A DNA stretch of 64,000 nucleotides. It comes from an uncultured Elusimicrobia bacterium. Its GTDB lineage: Bacteria > Elusimicrobiota > Elusimicrobia > 2-01-FULL-59-12. Shown in pieces: positions 26,829-35,200 of the stretch (positions are counted from its first letter, which is position 1; each line of letters opens with the position of its first letter). The position numbers were made by a program, and so were the translations under genes. The notes beneath the pieces were generated by a model that was not told where the DNA came from, made no database searches, and saw nothing but the letters and a program-made list of their open reading frames with translations. Location of the stretch: positions 3,012-67,011 of the forward strand of contig CAZDML010000002.1 of the NCBI GenBank assembly GCA_964506645.1, given 5' to 3'.

Positions 26829-27690
26829 CAGGACAAACGATCATAGCTTTTTCTGGGGCGATGGAAAACTGGACAGATTTGACGGGATGTGTGGCCGGCT
26901 CTCCATCAGCCTGAGGCCACAATTCGGTCTCCGCAGTAATCGTAAGCGCCTGGGCCCGCAAGGCAATCATCGGGCGATTGCCCACCGGTTTCCCCAGTTT
27001 ACCCAGAACCAAACGTGACACCAGCCGCCATTTGGGCATCCGGGGTACCAGAAAAAAATCGAGCCAGCCGTCTCGGGGGTCGGTGCTCTTAGAGAAATGC
27101 AAACCACCAGAGAAATACGGTGCGTTGCAGGCCAGTCCCATAAAGAACGTGCCTTCAATCGACCCCTTGTCCCAGCTCGCCTGGACCGAAATTGGTCGGA
27201 AATTGCGCAGACTGCGCAGCGGTTTGAGCGCCGACTTGCCGGCCTGCTGTGTGGCCGCACGACGTCCAAAGCCAGCATTGTTTAAAAAGTAGATCGAATC
27301 CATTAAACCGAGGTCGGTGGCGCGGACGTTGCCGGTAAAGAGCGCTCGAAGCGCCTCAGCAGACCGTTTTTTACGCAGTCCGAGATAGCGGGCAAAATCG
27401 TTGCATGTTCCGGCGGGCACCACACCGATCTCCATCGTCGCGAGCCGCTTACGCTGGGCAAGGACCTGGATCACACGGTTAAGGGTGCCGTCGCCGCCGA
27501 TCACGCCAATACGCGAACATCCTTCTTCCATCGCCTGACGCAGGTGATTTTCCGTCGATCGTGACTGCGTACGGTCGACGTCTCCGAACCGCGGTATCCA
27601 ACCGTACTGCTTGGCGGCTTTCGCCGCCATGTCGCGGTAGTCCCAGGCTTTTTCGCGCTTGGTGGGATTTAAAAGGAAAAAGATTTTCAT
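26800..27690 (-). CDS. diacylglycerol-kinase-catalytic-domain family lipid kinase (YegS/DgkA-type)
   Basis: ..RIGVIGGDGTLNRVIQVL.. (GGDGT motif) and ..GVVPAGTCNDFAR.. identify the DAGK_cat fold. The probable start is MKIFFLLNP. Confidence 0.8.
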   Translation of the reverse strand: MKIFFLLNPTKREKAWDYRDMAAKAAKQYGWIPRFGDVDRTQSRSTENHLRQAMEEGCSRIGVIGGDGTLNRVIQVLAQRKRLATMEIGVVPAGTCNDFARYLGLRKKRSAEALRALFTGNVRATDLGLMDSIYFLNNAGFGRRAATQQAGKSALKPLRSLRNFRPISVQASWDKGSIEGTFFMGLACNAPYFSGGLHFSKSTDPRDGWLDFFLVPRMPKWRLVSRLVLGKLGKPVGNRPMIALRAQALTITAETELWPQADGEPATHPVKSVQFSIAPEKAMIVCPDGTGSTRLP

Positions 27691-28751
27691 TATTTCACCC
27701 AAATCGGGTTGCTAAAAATCCAGGGGCGCATGCGACCGCCGATCTCCTGATCGACTTCGATGCGGTACACCCCCGGTCGGTCGAGATCCTGTTCCAGGTA
27801 CGCGCGTTTTTTCTCCAGCCAGATCAATTCTCCATTGCGAATCAAACGGATGTTACCGCGCGATGGAATCTTTACAGCCAGGAGCCCGGGTCCCTGGCGT
27901 TCAAACGTTTCCCCCATCGTAGCGCGCCGCTGGTCGTTGAACACCTCAAAAGAAAATCCCTTCGGGTCGTTCCATAAATCGAGAGAGACATACGAACGCC
28001 CCTGGCGCAGCGCGTTAAAAATCGCGGCACGGTCTGCCGCAACGTCCTGCTTCAGAGGTTCGGGCAACAGCACATGCGTACGCAGCGTTCGAAAGGCAAA
28101 ATCAAAAGGGAAAATACGCCGCTGGAAGAACAAAAAGCTTCGGCGGTTGGCATGATTGTCGAGCTCGCCGATCGCAACACAATGACCGGCCTGGGTGAGG
28201 GTGTCCCAACGGGCCAACGTCTTCTTGTGCGGGCCATGCAGATATCGCGATGGAAACAGATGGGCCCAGAGCACCCGCGGATGCGAGGTAAGAGCACTGC
28301 TCCAATCTCCGATCAAATCCCAGATGCTCAGACCCGCATAGCCTTTCACAGACCAGTCGATCCAGGGGTATGCGCGCATGCCCACAAGCGGGGCACCCCG
28401 GTGATCGGGATGGGCAATAAACCCGAACCCACCCTGGGCATTCACCGCATCGATGACCGTTTGAGGCTGAGCATGGGTTTTCCAGACAACCACCGGTTTT
28501 TGAATGTTGAACGCCAGGTAATGGTTGTAGCGCGGGGAGACCTCTTCGCCCGTCAGCATCAAAAAGGATTTTCCCGCGCGGGCATACCATTGCTCACCAC
28601 CTGCCTTTTGCGCCTCCAAACGAAAATGATCGGTGACCACAGCATAGTCGAGCCCGACCCGCAGCGCAGCCTCTGCAATGGCGGGCAGCGGTGTACGCGC
28701 GTCATACGAATACTCGGAATGGAAGTGGATGCATCCCGCGTAATCGTGCAT
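27690..28751 (-). CDS. PHP-domain (CehA/McbA-like) metal-dependent phosphoesterase
   Basis: N-terminus ..CIHFHSEYSYDA.. (the HxH of the PHP fold), ..AVVTDHF.. and ..GFIAHPDH.. are His/Asp metal-ligand motifs of the PHP superfamily. Confidence 0.6.
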   Translation of the reverse strand: MHDYAGCIHFHSEYSYDARTPLPAIAEAALRVGLDYAVVTDHFRLEAQKAGGEQWYARAGKSFLMLTGEEVSPRYNHYLAFNIQKPVVVWKTHAQPQTVIDAVNAQGGFGFIAHPDHRGAPLVGMRAYPWIDWSVKGYAGLSIWDLIGDWSSALTSHPRVLWAHLFPSRYLHGPHKKTLARWDTLTQAGHCVAIGELDNHANRRSFLFFQRRIFPFDFAFRTLRTHVLLPEPLKQDVAADRAAIFNALRQGRSYVSLDLWNDPKGFSFEVFNDQRRATMGETFERQGPGLLAVKIPSRGNIRLIRNGELIWLEKKRAYLEQDLDRPGVYRIEVDQEIGGRMRPWIFSNPIWVK

Positions 28752-28759
28752 GGGACTCC

Positions 28760-29428
28760 TTATTCGATGGGGGTTGAGAGTTGAACGTCAACGAGGGGAT
28801 GCGTCAGCCAGGACAGCATTTTAGAGAAGACCGCAAAACGGTTTCGGATGGCCGGTGTCGCTCTCACAATCACGGGGGCAGCCGGTTTCGCTGCAGGCGC
28901 AGCGGCTTTACGGGAGAGTTCTTCTCTCCGCAGGCGCTGTGCCAGAAGCGAACAGTCTTCCACGCGGGTGCACACGGCGTTGAGTCGGTGCGTCAGATGG
29001 GTGAGCATGCGGCGGTACAAACGAGCCTGTGACCGCCAGCTCGACGGCAGCTCCGCGGAGGCATGATCCAGCATGGCGGACGCCCGTTCGGTTTGACGCT
29101 GGATACGCTGTACGACCTGCGCTATCGCCAGAACTTCTTTTAAAGGAAGCGCGGTTTTGTCCCATCCACGGATCTGCGTTTCGCACTCGGAGGTACGCTG
29201 GCTAATGAGATCGAGAATCTGTCGAAGGTGATGTAGGGGATTCTGCGGCACTGTGACAGTCACCGTCACAGACGGACGTACCGCCGCACGAGACCGCGCC
29301 ACGGCAAGATCCAGGCGCTCTTCATGAAAAGCCAGACGCTCATAAGCGTCCTGAATGGCCTGCGCTAACCCTACGGGCGGCGTGTGGGCAGCGGCACTGT
29401 GATGGCCGGCTGATTGAGATAATTCCAT
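28760..29428 (-). CDS. hypothetical protein (alpha-helical, no recognisable domain); last gene of the coiled-coil operon
   Basis: ORF only. It is tightly linked downstream of the Pro/Ala-rich protein, overlapping it by 58 nt, so an internal alternative start is possible. Confidence 0.35.
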   Translation of the reverse strand: MELSQSAGHHSAAAHTPPVGLAQAIQDAYERLAFHEERLDLAVARSRAAVRPSVTVTVTVPQNPLHHLRQILDLISQRTSECETQIRGWDKTALPLKEVLAIAQVVQRIQRQTERASAMLDHASAELPSSWRSQARLYRRMLTHLTHRLNAVCTRVEDCSLLAQRLRREELSRKAAAPAAKPAAPVIVRATPAIRNRFAVFSKMLSWLTHPLVDVQLSTPIE

Positions 29429-30174
29429 AGTTTGGTCAGTAAAGAGGTATGCGGTTTCGACCCGTGCGCATCCAGCGGTGGCAGCAGACTGGGTTTAATT
29501 TCAGTCACGGTAAGACGTTCGACCGGAACCGGTACAGGAACCGGGATCGGCACAGAAGCTGCGGCAACCATTGTCGCCGGAGCTTCAACAACAATTGGAG
29601 CAGGCTCTGTTTTACGTTCGGCGATCAGCATTTCCAGCTGTTTGTGGGACTCGGCAATTTCTTTTTGCAGCGAATCGATGACATTTTTCTTCGCTTCCAG
29701 TTCGCCAGACCACTGGGCCTTCTGCGCTTCAAAGTTTTTTTCCAGAGTTTTCAGCTCGTCCTGCCATTCCTGCTTCACCGTCGCCACGGTTTTTTCAAAT
29801 TGAGTAGCCTGGAGATCTTTCATGGCCTGCTGGCTCTGGAGGAGTCCCTGCAGCTGCTGCTTGAGCTGCTGTGCGCTGATGACGTGGCCCTTTTTCAAAT
29901 CCATTTCCAGGGCTCGCAGCTGCGGATCGGCCGCGATCTGCCAGGAGACCGTCGGTGCCGAAGCCGGTGCGGGTGAAGGAGCCGATGCCACGACAGGAAC
30001 AGCCAGCGGTGGAACCGCAGGAGCGGGTGCCGGGACTCGGAGAACGGGTGCGGGGTCTGCTTTTTGCGGTGCAGGAGCAACCGCATCTGGCGAAGACACA
30101 ATGGTCAGCGTCGGGATCGAAGGAACTCCCTGCGATCCTTTGCTTTCGCTGGGCGGATGCTGGATAAATTTCAC
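29371..30174 (-). CDS. Pro/Ala-rich coiled-coil protein (267 aa)
   Basis: N-terminal APAPQKADPAPVLRVPAPAPAVPPLAVPVVASAPSPAPASAP, a central Q/E/K coiled coil (..KQQLQGLLQSQQAMKDLQ..) and a C-terminal PIPVPVPVPVE. Its ATG overlaps the stop of the upstream gene (ATGA). Confidence 0.45.
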   Translation of the reverse strand: MKFIQHPPSESKGSQGVPSIPTLTIVSSPDAVAPAPQKADPAPVLRVPAPAPAVPPLAVPVVASAPSPAPASAPTVSWQIAADPQLRALEMDLKKGHVISAQQLKQQLQGLLQSQQAMKDLQATQFEKTVATVKQEWQDELKTLEKNFEAQKAQWSGELEAKKNVIDSLQKEIAESHKQLEMLIAERKTEPAPIVVEAPATMVAAASVPIPVPVPVPVERLTVTEIKPSLLPPLDAHGSKPHTSLLTKLWNYLNQPAITVPLPTRRP

Positions 30175-32228
30175 GCCGCTTTTCCTTGGGTCGGACGAGT
30201 TTTGAGCGATTCCAGCGCGGATTTCATGTCCTGCATGGACTGTTTAATGTCGCCTAACGCTTTTTGTGCCACGGGTGTTGCCGCCGCTGGCTGAGTCGCT
30301 TTCTTTTCCAAATCCAATTTTACACTATTCCATTCCGATTCTTTCTTGGTCCATTCCGTTTCCTTTTTCGCATGCTCTTGCTGCAGCTTATTGATTTCAT
30401 TCTGCACATTTGTGAAAGCATCTTTGAGAGCACTTTGGGCCGATTTCCACTGCTCTTCCTTGGCCGACCATTCCGCCAGCGTGTGCTGCGCTTCTTTGTA
30501 ATCGGATTGGCTGCGATTCAGATCTTTTTCAAGCATGTCCTGGCGCGCTTTGAGTGCTTCCATTTCTTTCTGTGCGTCATTCATATCCTGCTGATGGGCC
30601 AGAATCGCTTCTTTCTGTAGCTGCAGTTCCTGTTGGCGAGCGTCGAGCACCGTACGCAACGAGCCTAGCTCCAATTGCATGGCCTGGCGGGATTCCTCGG
30701 CTTCTTTTTCTTTCATTTGCACTTCAGCAATACGAAGCAACAGTTCCTTGGACTGTTTTTCATACTGATCGCGCTCTTCCACCAATCGCGACTCTGCCTG
30801 CTGGACATGCTGCTGAGCAAGATTGAGCTGTTGTTTAAATTCAGCAATGGCAGCTGTTTTTTCATGCTCGATTTTTGTGCGTTCCTTTTCAAGACGCTGC
30901 TGGTATATCACGGGCATCTCATGGAGCACCTCTTCGCGCGCTTGGAGGCGAATCGACTCTGCCTGTTTTTTCCATTCACTGCGCTCCACCTCAAACCCAC
31001 GTTTCATATTCGCGATTTCAATGCGTAGCTGTGCAATATCTTCTTCGCGCTGCGTTACGCCGTATCGGGCCGTGTCGCGTTCGGAGCGGAGTTGCGACAG
31101 CATCCCTTCCCAGTACTGTGCCCGTTCCTGATCACGGCGGACAAATTCCCGTTTAATATCTTCTTCGCGCGATACGACCTGCGATTCCAGGCGCTGGCGA
31201 ATCTCAAGATGATCCTGCTCAAGTTGGTCGAGTTTGGTCTGCCAACGCAAGCGCTCCTGCTGTTGCTGGACGTCCGTCTGCTGAACCTGTGACTGTAAAA
31301 GTGCGATCTGGGCTTTGAGCTGCCCTTCGTCGCGCAAGCGTTTTTCCAGTTCGGCCTGCATTTTCTGCTCATAGGTCTGCCGGTCCTGCAGGGCTGTCTC
31401 TTTGATGCGCTGAAGCATTTCATCTTTCTGGTCCAGCGCATCTTGCAATTTTTCATTGTCGAGCTCGGCCTGACGTTTCAGCTGGCTAATCACTTCATCG
31501 CGCTCACGCGTGGAGGTCATCCACTGATTTTTTTCTTCGTGATAGCGACGTTCGATCTCGCGCATCTGGCGCGTTAAATTCTGTTCGACTTCGCGCTCCA
31601 TCTTTTCACGTTCTTTAAGCTGATTCTTCAGCGCGATCATCCAGGTTTCCCGCTCATCGGCAATCCGGCGTTCCAGATCTTTAATCTGGCCTTCCGCCTT
31701 GCCGCGCGACTGCTGCAGTTCCTGTTCGTATTTTTCCCGGCGCAATTTTTCCTGCATGTCACGCAGCTGCTGTTCAACGCGCACGGAAAGATTTTCATCC
31801 TCCTTGGCCTTGAGCGTCTGGATCATAAGCTTCTCGTGTTCTTCCTTTAACTGGCGTTCCAGGTCCTGGACCTGTTTTTCCATGGCTTTCTTGGATTCCA
31901 TCTGTTCCTGAAAACGGCGTTCCATTTCCTGCATTCGGGCTTCCAGGAGATTGGTCATAGGGGCGGCACCGGGCGTCGGGGGCATTCCCATAGGCGTCAT
32001 CGGACGCGGCGGCATATTGGGCATGGACGGCTGTGGCACAGCGGGCGCAGGCGTTGGAGCGGGCGCGGCGGCCTTGGGCATCGCAGGGGGCATGACACTG
32101 CCCATCGCTGCAGGCGGTGGGGGCGGCGGCGGGGGTACCGGCCGGCGCGCGGGCGGCGGCGGGGGTACAGGTTTCGAGGCTCCGGGTCCCGGCGGGGGCG
32201 GCGGTGTCATTCGCGATTCTTCAGCCAT
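30171..32228 (-). CDS. polyproline (FH1-like) N-terminus + ~580-aa continuous coiled-coil protein
   Basis: MAEESRMTPPPPPGPGASKPVPPPPPARRPVPPPPPPPPAAMG.. followed by uninterrupted E/K/Q/R/L heptad-rich sequence to the C-terminus. An AAAGGAG Shine-Dalgarno sequence lies 8 nt upstream. No signal peptide or TM. Confidence 0.6.
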   Translation of the reverse strand: MAEESRMTPPPPPGPGASKPVPPPPPARRPVPPPPPPPPAAMGSVMPPAMPKAAAPAPTPAPAVPQPSMPNMPPRPMTPMGMPPTPGAAPMTNLLEARMQEMERRFQEQMESKKAMEKQVQDLERQLKEEHEKLMIQTLKAKEDENLSVRVEQQLRDMQEKLRREKYEQELQQSRGKAEGQIKDLERRIADERETWMIALKNQLKEREKMEREVEQNLTRQMREIERRYHEEKNQWMTSTRERDEVISQLKRQAELDNEKLQDALDQKDEMLQRIKETALQDRQTYEQKMQAELEKRLRDEGQLKAQIALLQSQVQQTDVQQQQERLRWQTKLDQLEQDHLEIRQRLESQVVSREEDIKREFVRRDQERAQYWEGMLSQLRSERDTARYGVTQREEDIAQLRIEIANMKRGFEVERSEWKKQAESIRLQAREEVLHEMPVIYQQRLEKERTKIEHEKTAAIAEFKQQLNLAQQHVQQAESRLVEERDQYEKQSKELLLRIAEVQMKEKEAEESRQAMQLELGSLRTVLDARQQELQLQKEAILAHQQDMNDAQKEMEALKARQDMLEKDLNRSQSDYKEAQHTLAEWSAKEEQWKSAQSALKDAFTNVQNEINKLQQEHAKKETEWTKKESEWNSVKLDLEKKATQPAAATPVAQKALGDIKQSMQDMKSALESLKTRPTQGKAA

Positions 32229-32249
32229 GGCAAGCTCCTTTCAAACGGT

Positions 32250-35200
32250 TTACGACGCTTTCGGTTTTTTCTTCAAATCGAGTGACGCGCGCAGGCGGCT
32301 GGCCCACGTGCTGAGCTGCGTATTGGACGGATCCAGTGACAGCGCCCGATCCACGGCCTCGGCGGCACGCTGCTCATCGCCCTGGGCATGGTAGGCCAGA
32401 GCCAGGTACTGATACGCTGCACCCCAATGAGCATTCTTCTCCAAACATTCCTGAAACGACCGGATAGCATCGGGCCACTGCTGCGCTTGATAAAAATGGA
32501 CACCGGCCTCAAACGACGACCAGGCCGCCGCGCCCAGGCGCTCGGTTTTGGCACTGGTCGGCGAGAGCACGCCGTCTTTAAGTCCTTCGACCTGCGTGCG
32601 CAGGTTGTCCACCAGCTTTCGAGTGCTGTCGCGCAGCGCCGTCATTTCCTTGTCCTGTTTTTCAATCTGGGTCATGAGCTGCGTAAAGAGGGTTTCACGT
32701 TCTTTAATCAGCGTGTCAAAGTGTTTCTTCATCTCGGCCTGCTGGTCCTGAATCTGTTTGATCTGTGTTTCGAGCTGGCGACGCTGAGCTTCAAGTGCGT
32801 GCTGGGCGGATGCGTCGCGAGCGGCTGCATTTTTGGAAGACTGCATATCGCGCTCCTGCATCGCAGCCAGCTGTGTCTGCACCGTTTTTAGCTGAGTCGC
32901 CACGCGGGCCTGCTCGGTCTTATGGTGTTGGCGCACGCGGTTTAATTCTTCCGTCGACTGCTTTTTCAGCTTCTCCAGTTCTTTGCGACGTTTCTCCGCT
33001 TCTTCCTGCAGTCGACGGTCGCGCCATTCCAGGCGGTTTTTTGCCACCCGCAAATCTTCTTCCTTAATATGCAGTTGTGATTCCCAGGTCGATTGCTGCT
33101 GTTGGGTGACCTCTTTCAAATGGGCAAGCTGAACACGCAGCGGTTCAAGGTCTGTCTCGATCTGCCCCTTCAAGCGCTCCTGCTGGGTTTCCATCTCAGA
33201 TTCTTTGAGGCTGAGTTCCATGTGCAGCTTGGTCATGGACTCTTCCATGCGGCGCACTTCTTGTTCCGCATGTTTTTGCAGCTGCTGAATATCTTCTTCG
33301 AGCTGTCTCTTTTCCTGATCCAGTGCCTGCTTTTCATTTTGCCACTGTTCCAGAGACGAGCCCCACTGCAACTCTTCGCTGGATTCGCGTTTCTGAATTT
33401 CGGCGACCGCACGACTCATCTCCGCTTCTTTGTCAGCCACCTGACGCTGATAATGGGCTTGGAGTTCCTCCAGCTCCTTCTCACGTTTTCGGATCTGCGA
33501 CAAGAGAGCCTGGCGGTCCTGGTCATGTGCCGTTTCCAGCGATTTGATTTCGCTCTGCAGCCGTACGTCCCACTGCGCTACTTCCTGCCGCAGCTCGCTG
33601 ATTTCATTGGCTTTTTCTTTGCGCAGCGCTTCCCAATGATCCTGCGCCTGCGCAAGATGGCTTTTGAGCTGGTCAATCTGAGTGCGCAGCGCCGTATTGG
33701 TGGATCTCCAGGAATTGACCTTTTGATTAAATTCTTCGCCCAGCACTTTCAAGCGGTCTTTGGAGGAGGTCAGGAGATCTTCCAACTCCTGTTCCTTGGA
33801 CGCCAACTGCGATTCAAAAGATTTGCGGTCTTTTTCTGTCTGCGTTTGCAACGCGGTCAGCGTTTCCTGGACCTTGCGTTTTTCTGTGTCAAAGTGGGTG
33901 CTCTTTTCCACAATCTGCTGATCACGCTGCATCTTGGCGCGGTTGAGTTCGTTTTCCAGCTGACGGATTTCCTTTTCACGGTTGGCCAGCTGTCGTTCCG
34001 ACACTTCCTTATGATCTTTGAGCTTCCATTCCAATTCGTCTTTGGCTTTTTCCAGCTGGAAGCGTTCTTCAGCAAATTGTTTGGCCAAACGGTCGAGTTC
34101 GCCTTCCCGCTCAGCTTCTTTAGCCAGCAAATTGGAGCGCAGCGTCGTGATTTCGGAATCGCGAGCGGCACACTTTTTCGCCCATTCTTCTTTGAGCTGA
34201 ACCAGCTGTTCTTTGATCTTTTCTTCTTTGTCATGGCCGCGGCGCATGAGCGTGGACAACGCACGGTCGTAGCGGTCAAGGGTCTGCTGGTGTTTGGCCT
34301 GATCTTTGACGAGCTGCTGCTGAATATGGGCAATGCGTTCCTCGCGAACGCGGATTTCCTGAGGGAAGCCGGCCTGCGACTGTTTGAGTTCTCCCTCAAT
34401 CTGCTGCAGCATGTCTTGCAACGTGCGGGCTTTGACGGTGGCCGAATGGATCAGCTCGCGCTTCTTGGCTTCGTGCGCCACGGCCTGCTGGCGCACCTGT
34501 TCTTCGAGCTGTTCAACCAAAAGGGTTTTTTCGGCGTGTTGTACTTTGCCGGAATTGACCAGGGCTTCCTGCTCAGAGCGCAGGGCATCGAGCTTGGCTT
34601 TGAATTCGGCACGCGCCTCACGAAACTGGGTATCCCGCGTCTCGCGTTCGGTCTTGGCTTTCTGCGTGATCTGCTGCAGCTGTTCTTTTAGTGCTTTCTG
34701 TTCGTTTTCCAGATCAAAAAGCTGTTTGTCGTGTGTCAATTTTTCATCTTTCAATGCTTCCTGCAGCTGCTGGTAGCGATCTTGGAGCGGCTGCACCTGC
34801 TGGTCAAGGATTTTTTGTTCTTGTTCCAGTTTCTGGGCATGCAGCATTTCCTGCTTCTGAATTTCGGCTTCCAGCGCCAGCTTCTCTTTTTCTTTCTTGT
34901 CGACTTCCTGACGCCAATAAATCTGGATGCGTTCTTTGTCCCCTTGAGCCGCGGCCAGCTGCTTTTCCATCGAAGCCCGCTCGGCGTCAATCATCTGCTC
35001 CTGCTCATGGGCAGCGGCAACCAACTCTTTGTAGCGGGTTTCCAAGTTCTGGCGCAGAGCACCCAACTGATTGGCCTTTGACTGCACTGACGCTTTGTAC
35101 TGTTCACGTGCCTGAGCAATTTCTTTTTCTAAATTGAGGATTATGCTCTGTGCTTTGGCTGTTTCTCTCTGACAGGCGTCCCGTTTTTCCTGCATGGCCT

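Noticed and set aside
33093-34691. 532-aa plus-strand ORF (L/F-rich: MLLLGDLFQMGKLNTQRF...) and many other plus-strand ORFs of 60-300 aa throughout the window (e.g. 312-719, 1576-2238, 10941-11834, 18395-19114, 36201-37109, 57748-58500)
   Set aside because: All are antisense to long, well-supported minus-strand genes. Their composition is the mirror of the sense codon bias, for example Leu/Phe-rich opposite GAG/AAG/CAG-rich coiled-coil codons. None has a recognisable domain.
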